Shown here one piece after another: positions 1 to 9,559 of a DNA stretch of 64,000 nucleotides. The notes below the pieces were generated by a model. That model saw only the letters and a program-made list of their open reading frames with translations. It was not told the origin of the DNA and searched no databases. Source of the DNA: Patescibacteria group bacterium. GTDB lineage: Bacteria > Patescibacteriota > Minisyncoccia > Phycocordibacterales > GCA-2747955. The stretch spans positions 75,495 through 139,494 of the forward strand of contig JBLYPV010000001.1 in NCBI GenBank assembly GCA_048538215.1, read 5' to 3'. Both the position numbers and the translations under genes were made by a program. Numbering within the stretch: the stretch's first letter is position 1; the number at the start of each line of letters is the position of its first letter.

Positions 1-227
1 GCATAGCGGGCCAAATAGGTGGCTTGCAAAAGATGATCGATCAGGAAAAATATTGTGTAGATATTATCACCCAATCTTCTGCAATACGGAGTGCACTTTC
101 AGCTCTTGAAGATCAGATGCTTGAAAATCACCTCTCGGAGCATGTGATACATCAGATGCAAAAGGGTGAATCAGATTTAGCAATTGAGGAAATTATTACT
201 ATCTTTAAAAAATCAAAGAAAAAATAA
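1..227 (+). CDS. csoR: CsoR/RcnR-family metal-sensing transcriptional repressor (5' end outside window)
   Basis: Translation ...YCVDIITQSSAIRSALSALEDQMLENHLSEHV... matches the DUF156/CsoR core with Cys and His ligands; reading frame is open to the window edge; sits upstream of a copper-export cluster. Confidence 0.55.
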   Translation, partial: IAGQIGGLQKMIDQEKYCVDIITQSSAIRSALSALEDQMLENHLSEHVIHQMQKGESDLAIEEIITIFKKSKKK

Positions 228-229
228 TT

Positions 230-706
230 ATGAAAAATAAATACAATATGAGCATTATCGTCTTGCTCGTGTTTATTGCGGGGCTTATCTTGGGGTACTT
301 ATTTGCTAATAATAAGCTATATCCAGGGTATATGATGAACAGCTCACATATAGATCAAGGCTTGTATGATTATTCTCCTGTTGAGAACAAAAATGAAATT
401 GAATTTTCAATAGAGCAAGAAGATGAATACACATATGATGATTTGGTGGCCAATGATGGAGAGCTCCAGCATATGATGGATGAAATGATGTTGATTGGGC
501 GCGGTAAAGAGGGGCAGGCATATGAGGAGGCTTGGTTGCGGGGGATGATTGCACATCACTTGGGAGCAATCGAAATGTCTAAAACATTACTAGAGCACAC
601 AAAGCGACCAGAATTACAAGAATTAGCAAATAATACTATCAATAATCAGTCTACCGAAATATCCCAAATGAAGGCATGGCTTGGAGATTGGTATAACAAT
701 GATTAA
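230..706 (+). CDS. DUF305-family protein (copper-resistance-associated), N-terminal TM anchor
   Basis: Motifs EAWLRGMIAHHLGAIEMS typical of DUF305; N-terminal hydrophobic segment. Confidence 0.55.
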   Translation: MKNKYNMSIIVLLVFIAGLILGYLFANNKLYPGYMMNSSHIDQGLYDYSPVENKNEIEFSIEQEDEYTYDDLVANDGELQHMMDEMMLIGRGKEGQAYEEAWLRGMIAHHLGAIEMSKTLLEHTKRPELQELANNTINNQSTEISQMKAWLGDWYNND

Positions 707-707
707 T

Positions 708-1187
708 ATGAAGACAAGTATTAGTGTATTAGCAATCGCAGGAATCGCTCTCATCGCGACAATAGCAAGTGGGACTTTCTCTACAAAAACTATTTTAGAT
801 GACAATAAGGAGCAGGTAGCGGAAGCTGTAATTTATAAATCCCCGAGTTGTGGTTGTTGTGGCAAGTATGCAGCATATTTACGAGAGGAAGATTATGATA
901 TTACTATTGAGGGGAAAAGAGATATGCAAGCAATCAAAGAGCAATTCCTTATTCCTTATGAAGTAGAAAGCTGTCATACAATGAAGATAGCGGGGTATGT
1001 AGTGGAAGGACATATACCAGAGCTCGTGATCAAAAAGCTACTTTCAGAGAAGCCAGATATTGCAGGTATAGGTATGGCGGGAATGCCATCAGGCTCACCA
1101 GGAATGCCCGGAATTAAAAATGCTGATTTTATCATATATACCATTACTCACGATGGCAAGAGAGGTGAGGTATATATGACTATTTAA
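708..1187 (+). CDS. DUF411-family metal-binding protein with signal peptide
   Basis: CGCCGKY and ESCHTMK motifs, Met/Gly/Pro-rich GMAGMPSGSPGMPG tail; ATG at 708 directly follows the upstream stop (ORF track begins 681). Confidence 0.5.
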   Translation: MKTSISVLAIAGIALIATIASGTFSTKTILDDNKEQVAEAVIYKSPSCGCCGKYAAYLREEDYDITIEGKRDMQAIKEQFLIPYEVESCHTMKIAGYVVEGHIPELVIKKLLSEKPDIAGIGMAGMPSGSPGMPGIKNADFIIYTITHDGKRGEVYMTI

Positions 1188-1216
1188 TTGTTATTAATTG
1201 TTAATAGTAAATTGCT

Positions 1217-1600
1217 ATGAATTACGGATATAAAAAACAAGTAGGCGTGGCGTACGACGAGGCAATAGAGCGGGTGAAGATGGAATTAACAAAAGAAGGA
1301 TTTGGGGTATTGAGCGAGATAGATGTGCAAGCCACCCTCAAAAAGAAATTAGATGTTGATTACGATAAGTATATAATTCTTGGAGCTTGTAATCCTTCTT
1401 TTGCCCATCAAGCTCTTTTAAGTGAGCCAGATATTGGATTGTTACTACCTTGTAATGTTGTGGTTTATGAAAGAGATGGAGCAGTCTTTGTTTCTGCGAT
1501 ACGGCCACAGGTAGCTATGAGTGTGGTAGATAGTAATGGATTAGAATCTATCGCTCAAGAAGTGGAGAGTAAATTAATACGAGTGATTGATAATCTATAA
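1217..1600 (+). CDS. DUF302-domain protein
   Basis: Sequence pattern GVLSEIDVQATLKKKLDVDYDKYIILGACNP characteristic of DUF302. Confidence 0.55.
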   Translation: MNYGYKKQVGVAYDEAIERVKMELTKEGFGVLSEIDVQATLKKKLDVDYDKYIILGACNPSFAHQALLSEPDIGLLLPCNVVVYERDGAVFVSAIRPQVAMSVVDSNGLESIAQEVESKLIRVIDNL

Positions 1601-1609
1601 ATATATAGT

Positions 1610-3610
1610 ATGACAACAAAAGATACCAAGCATAAGCACCATGGTGGGATAGGGATGGGGCATGGCTCTGCAGATCAATATTTGAAGCGGTTTTGGATTG
1701 TCACCTTTTTGCTTATCCCTCTTATATTTGCCAATGAAGGGATAGTCCAATTTTTGGGAATACCAGTATTGCCATATGCAAAGTGGATTGGGTTTGGTAT
1801 CGCTACAATTATTTTTGGCTTTTCTCTTGTGTTTTTCGAGCACGCTCTGCATGAGATACGGGCACGTAAGTATGGAATGATGACCCTCGTATCTCTTGCA
1901 GTGGGGGCTGGCTATCTTTTTTCGGTAGCTTCTACTTTTATTCCTGCACTGGAGGTAGAATTTTATCTTGAAATATCATCACTTATATGGGTACTTTTGT
2001 TTGGGCATTATCTAGAAGCAAAATCGAGCAGTATCGCAGGAAATGCCCTACAAGAGGTGGCAAAATTATTGCCCAAAAAGGCTCATAGATTGATTGGTGA
2101 TAAAGAAGAGGATGTAGACACCGCTGAGCTAAGAGAGGGAGATAGGGTGCTTGTTAAGCCAGGTGAAAAGATTCCAGCCGACGGCGTGATAGAAGAAGGG
2201 CGAGCTTTTACAGATGAATCGCATATTAGTGGTGAATCAATTCCAGTAGAAAAGAAAGTGGGCGATAGCGTCATTGCAGGTGCAATATGCTTGGATGGAT
2301 CTCTCACTATTGTTCTTTCTCGAGTCGGTGAGGATTCTACTATAGGGCAAATTCAAAATCTTATAGTACAAGCCCAAGCAACAAAGCCTCGTTCTCAAAA
2401 AATTGCAGATAAAGCTTCTGCTGTGCTTACGCTTGTGGCGGGGATTACTGCACTTCTTACTATCCTGGTATGGTCGGTCTTTTTAGGCGAATCATTTGTA
2501 TTTGCAATCACTCTCGGTATTACTGTCCTGGTAATTGCCTGCCCGCATGCGCTCGGCTTGGCTATTCCTACAGTCACCACTATTACCACATCCTTAGCGA
2601 TAAAAAATGGTGTCTTTATTAAGGATCTTTCAAAAATAGAGCTAATAAAAAAAGCTGATTATATTGTGTTTGATAAAACAGGTACTCTCACGGAGGGTAC
2701 ATTTGCTGTAAGAGATATAATTTCAATTGCTCATATTTCTGTAGATGAATTGATGGCTATTGCTACTTCTATAGAGAAACATTCTTCCCACATTATTGGG
2801 CAGGCGATCGTAAAGTATGCCCAAGAGCGGAAGATACATCATAAAGAAGCAAGAGAAGTGCAAAATATTGCAGGAAAAGGTATTACTGCAAAAATTGATG
2901 GGGTGAGGTATGCAGCTGGTAATCGTGCTCTTATGTATGAGCTAGATATTGCAAGTGAAGAAGCTGAGCAAAGAGCAGACAAGCTTGCCAAGCGTGGAGA
3001 AACGGTGATTTATCTTGCAGATGAAGAAAAAGTGATTGGTATCGTGGCTCTTGCCGATAGTATCAAAGCTTCGTCATACGAAGCGGTGCGGGAGCTCCAT
3101 AGCTTGGGAATACAGGTGGCTATGCTTACAGGTGATACTAAACAAGTAGCTCAAGGAGTAGCAGATGAGCTTGGGATAGATAGCTACTTTGCAGAGGTGT
3201 TGCCAGAAGATAAGTATACTCATATCAAAAAGCTTCAAGAGGAGGGAAACACGGTACTTATGGTGGGTGATGGGGTAAACGATGCTCCTGCGCTCACCCA
3301 AGCAGATGTAGGTATTGCAATTGGCGCAGGTACTGATGTGGCAGTGGAAGCAGGAGATGTAATTTTGACACGAAATAATCCACTTGATGTTGTACGCCTA
3401 GTCAAGCTTTCTCGGGCAGTCTATATCAAGATGATTCAAAATTTGGCTTGGGCATTGGGATACAATATTATTGCTATTCCAGCTGCTGCTGGTGTCTTTG
3501 CCTTTTGGGGATTCTTTTTACGCCCTGAAGTAGGGGCGCTTCTTATGAGTCTCTCGACCGTCATTGTGGTCATCAATGCTATGACACTCAAGCGAATTAA
3601 ATTATCATAA
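1610..3610 (+). CDS. copA: Copper-translocating P1B-type ATPase
   Basis: CPH metal-binding TM motif (IACPHALGLA), DKTGTLT phosphorylation site, GDGVNDAPAL hinge; His-rich N-terminus (HKHHGGIGMGHG) instead of a CxxC HMA domain. Confidence 0.85.
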   Translation: MTTKDTKHKHHGGIGMGHGSADQYLKRFWIVTFLLIPLIFANEGIVQFLGIPVLPYAKWIGFGIATIIFGFSLVFFEHALHEIRARKYGMMTLVSLAVGAGYLFSVASTFIPALEVEFYLEISSLIWVLLFGHYLEAKSSSIAGNALQEVAKLLPKKAHRLIGDKEEDVDTAELREGDRVLVKPGEKIPADGVIEEGRAFTDESHISGESIPVEKKVGDSVIAGAICLDGSLTIVLSRVGEDSTIGQIQNLIVQAQATKPRSQKIADKASAVLTLVAGITALLTILVWSVFLGESFVFAITLGITVLVIACPHALGLAIPTVTTITTSLAIKNGVFIKDLSKIELIKKADYIVFDKTGTLTEGTFAVRDIISIAHISVDELMAIATSIEKHSSHIIGQAIVKYAQERKIHHKEAREVQNIAGKGITAKIDGVRYAAGNRALMYELDIASEEAEQRADKLAKRGETVIYLADEEKVIGIVALADSIKASSYEAVRELHSLGIQVAMLTGDTKQVAQGVADELGIDSYFAEVLPEDKYTHIKKLQEEGNTVLMVGDGVNDAPALTQADVGIAIGAGTDVAVEAGDVILTRNNPLDVVRLVKLSRAVYIKMIQNLAWALGYNIIAIPAAAGVFAFWGFFLRPEVGALLMSLSTVIVVINAMTLKRIKLS

Positions 3611-3617
3611 TAGCTAA

Positions 3618-4208
3618 TTATAAATTATCTCGATTTCTTAATTTTCTATAGCGAAAGCAATCAGTAGTGTGATCGTGTACCATACCAACAGCCTGCATAT
3701 ACGAATACATAATAGTGGGCCCCACAAAGCTGAAGCCATGTTTTTTTAAATCTTTGCTAATTCTTTGTGATAATTCGGTCTGGGCTGGCACTTCTTCTGC
3801 ACTTTGCCAAGTATTATAGATAGGAGATCCACCAACAAAGCTCCATAGATAATCACTAAAACTACCGTATCCTTCTTGTATATTAAGAAAAGCTTGGGCA
3901 TTAGTGATAGCTGAATTAATTTTGCGTGCATTACGAATAATATTCTTATTGCTCATAAGCTGGGCGATCTTTTGTTTATCATATTTTGCTATTTTGTGTG
4001 GGTCAAAATTATCAAATGCTTGTCGGTAAGCTTCTCGTTTCCCGAGAACGGTGCGCCAGGATAATCCAGCTTGAGCTCCTTCAAGGATAAGAAGCTCAAA
4101 AAGTAAGGTATCGCTATCTGTGGGTACGCCCCATTGAGTGTCGTGATACTCGCACATAACAGCATCTTCTTCGCTGGCCCAGGCACATCGAATACTTTGA
4201 TCTTTCAT
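3618..4208 (-). CDS. tag: DNA-3-methyladenine glycosylase I
   Basis: CAWAS...YHDTQWGVP...LLFELLILEGAQAGLSW signature of Tag. Confidence 0.85.
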   Translation of the reverse strand: MKDQSIRCAWASEEDAVMCEYHDTQWGVPTDSDTLLFELLILEGAQAGLSWRTVLGKREAYRQAFDNFDPHKIAKYDKQKIAQLMSNKNIIRNARKINSAITNAQAFLNIQEGYGSFSDYLWSFVGGSPIYNTWQSAEEVPAQTELSQRISKDLKKHGFSFVGPTIMYSYMQAVGMVHDHTTDCFRYRKLRNRDNL

Positions 4209-4326
4209 ATATTAATTATCATACAACACCGATAAGGAGAGTCTATAGATTGAAAAAATATATATTTGTAGTATAGTTTTTGTGAAGGGTAATTGCTAAT
4301 TTTGGTATATACAAGGAGGGATCGAG

Positions 4327-4653
4327 ATGACTTATATCCAGCAGGTGCGAGCGCGCTTGATTATCACTTTTGAGCCTCAGGGCTCGAAGAGTGATGCGGG
4401 AGCCCTTTATGCTCACGGAGGATATGAAAAAAGTGGGGCAACCGTGCCTCTCAAGAGACAGGGTGATAGGCTCACCCTTTACTTCGGAGAGCTCAAGGGA
4501 GAGCCGATCAACATCACCTTCGATGTCCTCGAAGTCGATAATGATTTTGGCTACTATGCTTATCTCCTACACTGTAGAATGCTCGAGGGAGCCAGGCTGG
4601 CTCTTCACAGGAATTTCAAGGCGTGTGGATTTGAGCGAGTAGAAAATTCCTAG
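4327..4653 (+). CDS. Hypothetical protein (GC-rich ORFan, classical SD AAGGAGGG upstream)
   Basis: 108 aa ORF with markedly higher GC than neighbours, SD 8 nt upstream, strong terminator downstream; no recognisable motif. Confidence 0.4.
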   Translation: MTYIQQVRARLIITFEPQGSKSDAGALYAHGGYEKSGATVPLKRQGDRLTLYFGELKGEPINITFDVLEVDNDFGYYAYLLHCRMLEGARLALHRNFKACGFERVENS

Positions 4654-4685
4654 TTTAGACTAGGAGTAGCCCTAAAAAATGACGG

Positions 4686-4717
4686 GCGCCCACAGATGAT
4701 GTGGGCGCTTTTTCTTT
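4686..4717 (+). terminator. Rho-independent terminator (GCGCCCAC-loop-GTGGGCGC + T-run)
   Basis: 8 bp GC stem, 7 nt loop, followed by TTTTTCTTT. Confidence 0.7.
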
Positions 4718-4780
4718 GGCTACTAGCGCATAAAGGCTAGAGGGTCTAAGCATTCGAAGAAAGTGGGGGATAAGTGGGTA

Positions 4781-4809
4781 TTGACAGTGAACATTCGTTC
4801 ACCTATACT
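4781..4809 (+). promoter_or_regulatory. lexA promoter: -35 TTGACA, 17 nt spacer containing LexA/Cheo box GTGAACATTCGTTCAC (4787..4802), -10 TATACT
   Basis: Perfect palindrome GAAC-N4-GTTC between consensus -35 and -10 immediately upstream of lexA. Confidence 0.7.
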
Positions 4810-4833
4810 ACTACTATTCATTACTATATAAAT

Positions 4834-5397
4834 ATGGAAGAAAAAGCACAAATCATTCAATCATTTTATAAGCACAATAGGCGTATGCCAAGCTATGCAG
4901 AAATTTGTGAGCTCTTTGGCTATAAGAGCAAAAATGCTGCTGCCAAAATGGTACAAAAGCTTCAGCGATATGGTGTCTTAGAAAAAGATCCTACTGGTCG
5001 GCTCATTCCAAGTTTTAATCCTAGCTCTCTACGCTTACTTGGATATGTGGAAGCAGGCTTCCCATCGCCTGTAGAAGAGCAGGAGCTTGATACTATGACT
5101 CTCGATGATTGGCTTGTAAATGATGCTCTCGCTACATACATTCTCCGAGTCAAGGGAGATTCTATGATAGATGCCTCGATTGCTAATGGAGATTATATAC
5201 TTGTTGAGCGTACCCAGAATGTGCGTGTAGGTGATATTGTAGTGGCCTGTATTGATGGCGAATGGACGCTCAAATATCTTCGAGAAAAGAATGGTGCCCG
5301 CTATCTTGAGGCAGCTAATAGTGAATATGATGATATGTATCCACAAGAATCATTAGAAATTGAAGCTCGGGTAATTTCAGTCATTCGCAAGTATTAG
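4834..5397 (+). CDS. lexA: LexA repressor (S24 peptidase)
   Basis: N-terminal winged HTH, Ala-Gly cleavage region, C-terminal S24 catalytic region with Ser (GDSM) and conserved Lys; start taken at MEEKAQ rather than the upstream ATG. Confidence 0.85.
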   Translation: MEEKAQIIQSFYKHNRRMPSYAEICELFGYKSKNAAAKMVQKLQRYGVLEKDPTGRLIPSFNPSSLRLLGYVEAGFPSPVEEQELDTMTLDDWLVNDALATYILRVKGDSMIDASIANGDYILVERTQNVRVGDIVVACIDGEWTLKYLREKNGARYLEAANSEYDDMYPQESLEIEARVISVIRKY

Positions 5398-5464
5398 ATG
5401 AGGGGAAAGTATGATCATACAAGATGTAAAAGCCAGGCTTATATAGCAATAGCACATTAGATAT

Positions 5465-6745
5465 ATGAATAAAATAATTTTCCATATAGATGGGGATGCC
5501 TTTTTTGCATCCTGTGAGCAATCTACCAGGCTTGATTTGCGAGGCCGGGCGATTGCTGTGGGGCGTGAGCGGGGGGTGGCTACAGCATTTTCTTATGAAG
5601 CAAAAGCCATGGGGATTACTCGAGGGATGAGCGCTACAGAAATTGCTCGTGATTTTCCCAGCGTACTATTTATTTCTTCTGATTATCGCAAGTACGGCCT
5701 ATTTTCTACTCGAATGAATTGCATTACAAGGAAATATACAGAATTGATAGAACAGACCAGTATTGATGAGTGCTATGCAGATATGTCGGCAGTCGTTGTG
5801 GATACAGAGAAAGCCAAGGAGATAGCACTTAAGCTACAAAATGAGCTCTCTGTTAAATTAGGGCTTACTTTTTCGATTGGAATTGGTCCGAATAAAACAA
5901 TTGCAAAAATTGCCTCCAGTATGAATAAGCCACGAGGTATTACTCTCTTATTTCCCGATACCTTTGAGACAAATTTATATAATCTTAGCATTGATAAAGT
6001 AAGCGGGATTGGCCCCCAAAGCGCTATCAAATTTCATACAAAAAATATATATACTATTGGCCAATTTGTGGGGTGCAATGCAGTATGGGTGTATGAACAT
6101 TTTGCTAAGCCATTTGTGGAATTACATCGAGAGTTGCGAGGCCATTTTATACGAGAGCTTGAGCTTCTTCCCACAATACCTAAAAGTATTAGTAAGATCC
6201 GTGCCTTTAGTCCAGCCACTTCTTCTCAAGATATTTTGTATTCAGAATTTGTTCGTAATGCTGAGATAGTGGCGAGTAAATTATCGCACCTGAAATTGGA
6301 GGCAAAGCTTGTGGTATTTTCTATGAAGTGTGTAGATGGTACTCGTAGTAAACAAGAGGTACGCGCCGAATATCCCATTACAAGCTCATCTGACATTGTG
6401 GTGCATCTGAAACATATATTTAATCAATTATATGATAAGGATAAGCAATACCGATCTACTTCTGTAGCAGTATACAAACTAGGACCATTTGGGGCACAGC
6501 AATCATTGTTCACTAATAGTCGATCGGAGAGATATACACGAGAACGTATTGGTGATTTGCTTGCTGGTCTTACTAATCGTTTTGGTAAAGGGGCTGTAAG
6601 CTCGGCTAGTAGTATGGTAGCTCAAGCTCGTACGATACCGACAAGTGGGAGGAATAGTACGCCAACATCACAAAGAGGTACGCCACTTATTACAAATAAG
6701 GAAAATGGCCGAGCTCTTTATCTGCCATATCTAGGAAGAATCTGA
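5465..6745 (+). CDS. dinB: Y-family DNA polymerase (DinB/Pol IV-like)
   Basis: MNKIIFHIDGDAFFASCEQ... IDECYADM catalytic motifs of the UmuC/DinB family; immediately downstream of lexA. Confidence 0.8.
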   Translation: MNKIIFHIDGDAFFASCEQSTRLDLRGRAIAVGRERGVATAFSYEAKAMGITRGMSATEIARDFPSVLFISSDYRKYGLFSTRMNCITRKYTELIEQTSIDECYADMSAVVVDTEKAKEIALKLQNELSVKLGLTFSIGIGPNKTIAKIASSMNKPRGITLLFPDTFETNLYNLSIDKVSGIGPQSAIKFHTKNIYTIGQFVGCNAVWVYEHFAKPFVELHRELRGHFIRELELLPTIPKSISKIRAFSPATSSQDILYSEFVRNAEIVASKLSHLKLEAKLVVFSMKCVDGTRSKQEVRAEYPITSSSDIVVHLKHIFNQLYDKDKQYRSTSVAVYKLGPFGAQQSLFTNSRSERYTRERIGDLLAGLTNRFGKGAVSSASSMVAQARTIPTSGRNSTPTSQRGTPLITNKENGRALYLPYLGRI

Positions 6746-6758
6746 TACAATAATCGGT

Positions 6759-7295
6759 ATGCATATCCGATCTCTTGTATCTCTGCGCGCTATTCTCTTG
6801 GCCATTACTACAGCACTTTTGGTATTTTTTGTTTTATTAAGTATCGGCTTATATCAACACATATGGATTATTATAGTGAGTGATATTTTTAGTGGAAGTA
6901 CCGCGTTGTATGCGATCTTATTACTTTATCTAAATCCAGCAAATAATCTCACTCTAGCTTCTCTTTTTGCACTAAGCACGGTGGCTCTTCTCTCTGCCAT
7001 ACAAGCGCTCTTGCTGTATTACATATATCGTGTGCGTAAAGAAAAGATGCCTATCACAAAAAGTATGGGGAAGAGGGGGATTATTCCCACCCTCCTAGTG
7101 GGGCTTGGTATGGGATGCTCTGCTTGTGGCTCGGTGGTGATCCTTTCTGTCCTTTCTGTTTTTGGTGTAAGTGTGGGAGTGGCTACTAGCACTTGGCTTA
7201 CCTATCTTTTATTATTTAGTGCTATCCTCATTTTAAGCTATTCTAATTATCGCTTGTATCAACAAAGCAAACATCCTTTGGCTTGCCCTATTTAA
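6759..7295 (+). CDS. Integral membrane protein with membrane-proximal CxxC (GMGCSACGS)
   Basis: 4-5 predicted TM helices; Cys pair near a TM boundary; no family assignment. Confidence 0.4.
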   Translation: MHIRSLVSLRAILLAITTALLVFFVLLSIGLYQHIWIIIVSDIFSGSTALYAILLLYLNPANNLTLASLFALSTVALLSAIQALLLYYIYRVRKEKMPITKSMGKRGIIPTLLVGLGMGCSACGSVVILSVLSVFGVSVGVATSTWLTYLLLFSAILILSYSNYRLYQQSKHPLACPI

Positions 7296-7307
7296 TGGGT
7301 ATAATGG

Positions 7308-7826
7308 GTGCTTATGAAATACATAGTACGCAAATATTTACCAGAATGTGTGTATGGAGGTGTAGATGGCTTGGTGACTACTTTTGCTATCGTCACAGCT
7401 TCAATTGGTATTGGAGCGAGTGCGGGGACTATTCTAGTACTAGGGATAGCTAATGTGCTTGCCGATGCCTGGAGTATGGGATCATCGGATTATCTTTCAA
7501 GTCATAGTGAAGCCGATATGGGAGAAGGAAATCATGATGTGAAACCACCTTTTAATACAGCTTTTGCAACTTTTGCATCTTTTGTAATTATTGGCTTTGT
7601 GCCTCTTGTGCCATTTATTATTGCACTTTTTATACCAAGCTTTACTCTCTATGCTACCTGGACTGCCGTGGGAGCTACGATGATGACCTTTATATTGGTG
7701 GGATACATATCAGGAACTGTTAGTGGAGCAAGCCGGAAAAAATCAGCAATTAGAACTTTTATAGTAGGGGCAGTGGCAGCTATCATAGCTTTTGGTGTGG
7801 GCTATGTGCTTCGTGATTTGGCTTAG
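7308..7826 (+). CDS. VIT1/CCC1-family iron/manganese transporter
   Basis: VYGGVDGLVTTFAIVTA N-terminal motif and 5 TM topology of VIT family. Confidence 0.65.
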   Translation: MLMKYIVRKYLPECVYGGVDGLVTTFAIVTASIGIGASAGTILVLGIANVLADAWSMGSSDYLSSHSEADMGEGNHDVKPPFNTAFATFASFVIIGFVPLVPFIIALFIPSFTLYATWTAVGATMMTFILVGYISGTVSGASRKKSAIRTFIVGAVAAIIAFGVGYVLRDLA

Positions 7827-7899
7827 GGTGGCTTATTTTTTTAAAGTTTGAGAAGCTTCTGGTAAATAGGGAAGCTTTTTGTAATAAAAAACTCGCGGT

Positions 7900-7929
7900 C
7901 CCGGAAAGCGTGCTTGCACGCTTTCCGGG
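7900..7929. terminator. Perfect 14 bp hairpin between convergent genes (possible bidirectional terminator)
   Basis: CCCGGAAAGCGTGC-TT-GCACGCTTTCCGGG. Confidence 0.45.
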
Positions 7930-8197
7930 CTCCGTGAGTGGATGGTTCGGCTCCTGTGATTGAGGAGGAGCTCAGGGGGTAAGGATATAAAATGAGAAAC
8001 AAGCGAAAAAGAGAATCATCGCCCAAATGAGATCTATAAGAAACTCCTTGGGATTTTTTTGAAAAATTCTTTTTACCATTACGAAAATATTTTCTTTTTT
8101 CATTGCACTGCCCTCTATGCCTCAAGGTTCATACGGATTTTTATAAATCCGCTAAAACAATTATATATAATATGAATTATTTTGTCAAAATAGTGAC

Positions 8198-9439
8198 TTA
8201 GATACTATTGCCCGCCACAAAGCCAGTAGTCCAACATAATTGGAGAGAATAGCCACCTGATGGGCGATGTATGTTGAGCAAGTCACCAATGATATACAAC
8301 CCTTGATGCAAGGTGGATTCCATAGTCTGCATATGTATTTCAGACAGTGAAACACCCCCATCGGCAATAACGGCTCGGTCAAATCCCATTGTGCCGGTAA
8401 TCGGAAAGCGTATATCTTTGAGTGATTGTACCAAGCGCTTGCGATCCTCTTTCCCAAGATCTCCACTTGGGAGCTCGGCTCCCAAGTGGTTGTAATTGAT
8501 GATCTCTGTAGCGAGCTTTTTTGGTAGTAATTCGCTTAGTGTATTGAGGAGGGTTTTCTTAGGGTGAGTATCTAGTAGCTTACGGATGCGCTTATCAAGT
8601 AGGTCGAGCTCTGTATCGGGATATAAATCGATTGAGCACTCCACATCAGTGTACCAAGAGAGTAGCTCAGATACCTTATGGCTTATATTAAGAATCATTG
8701 GGCCGGAAATACCAAAATGTGTAAATAAGACTTTGCCCTTTATGTTTATTTTTTGCTTACGATCGGCGTAGAAGCGTACCTTTGCAAAGGACCAATCGAT
8801 GCCCGCAAGACGGTGGAGCCATTTAGCATTTGTCTTGAGGGGCACGATGCTGGGATTGGGCTTGGCGATAGTGTGGCCTTACGATGCAAGCCAAGAAAAG
8901 CCATCGCCGGTAGAGCCAGTCTCAGGAGCAGCGTAGCCACCCGTGGAGAGAATAAGCTTTGATGCTTGAAATGTGCCCTTACTTGTTGCTACTTGCCATA
9001 GGGTATCTTTTTTAGTGATTGTTTTTACTTGGTGATTTATTTGTATCTCGACACCACTTTCTCGGCAATAGCTCTGCATTGTGGTGGTCACATCTAAAGC
9101 TCGTTCGCTTCGTGGGAACATACGTGTACGAGCTTGGGTGACAAGTGGTAGACCTTTGGATTCAAAAAAATTAATAGTGTGCTGGACATTAAATATAGAA
9201 AAGGGAGTATAGAGATATTTTTTTGCACTTGGAAAACTTTCTAAAAAATCCTTGAAGTCGAGCTTGTGATTGGTGATATTGCATCGCCCACCTCCGGTAA
9301 TGGAAAGCTTTTTGCCCACCTTGCTATTTTTTTCTAGGAGGAGGACTCGCTTACCTCGCTCGCTTGCTCGACCAGCAGCCATCATGCCCGCTGGCCCAGC
9401 CCCAATCACAATAACATCATAGATTTGGGCGTTTTTCAT
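8198..9439 (-). pseudogene. HI0933-like NAD(P)/FAD-dependent oxidoreductase interrupted by one in-frame TAA
   Basis: N-terminal part VIVIGAGPAGMMAAG (Rossmann fold) and C-terminal part are in the same frame, separated only by TAA at 8879..8881 (...SWLAS*GHTIAKPNPSIVPLKT...). Confidence 0.7.
8463..8489. repeat. Palindromic repeat copy CCACTTGGGAGC-TCG-GCTCCCAAGTGG, in-frame inside the flavoprotein gene (encodes HLGAELPSG)
   Basis: 12 bp arms, 3 nt loop; identical core to copies at 15279 and 22415. Confidence 0.85.
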
Positions 9440-9559
9440 AATGCTTGCATTGTAGCAAATTTCAAAGCTAATACTCTATCTAACTAAATAAGCAGATAAG
9501 TACTGGAGCTTGCAATTTAAGGTGAAATCTGTATAGTGCCGATACATAATTCAAAAACT

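Noticed and set aside
306-569. Minus-strand 87 aa ORF inside the DUF305 gene (and the many similar antisense or alternate-frame ORFs in the track, such as 2083..2307, 4370..4642, 5035..5346, 13324..13665, 18334..18933, 27082..27489, 38727..39137, 44192..44643)
   Set aside because: Each is embedded in a well-supported gene on the other strand or frame, has no motif and biased low-complexity composition. Treated as shadow ORFs.
7841-8125. 94 aa minus-strand ORF in the spacer between the VIT1-like and flavoprotein genes
   Set aside because: No RBS or promoter context, and it overlaps the strong 14 bp hairpin. Composition typical of intergenic AT-rich DNA.
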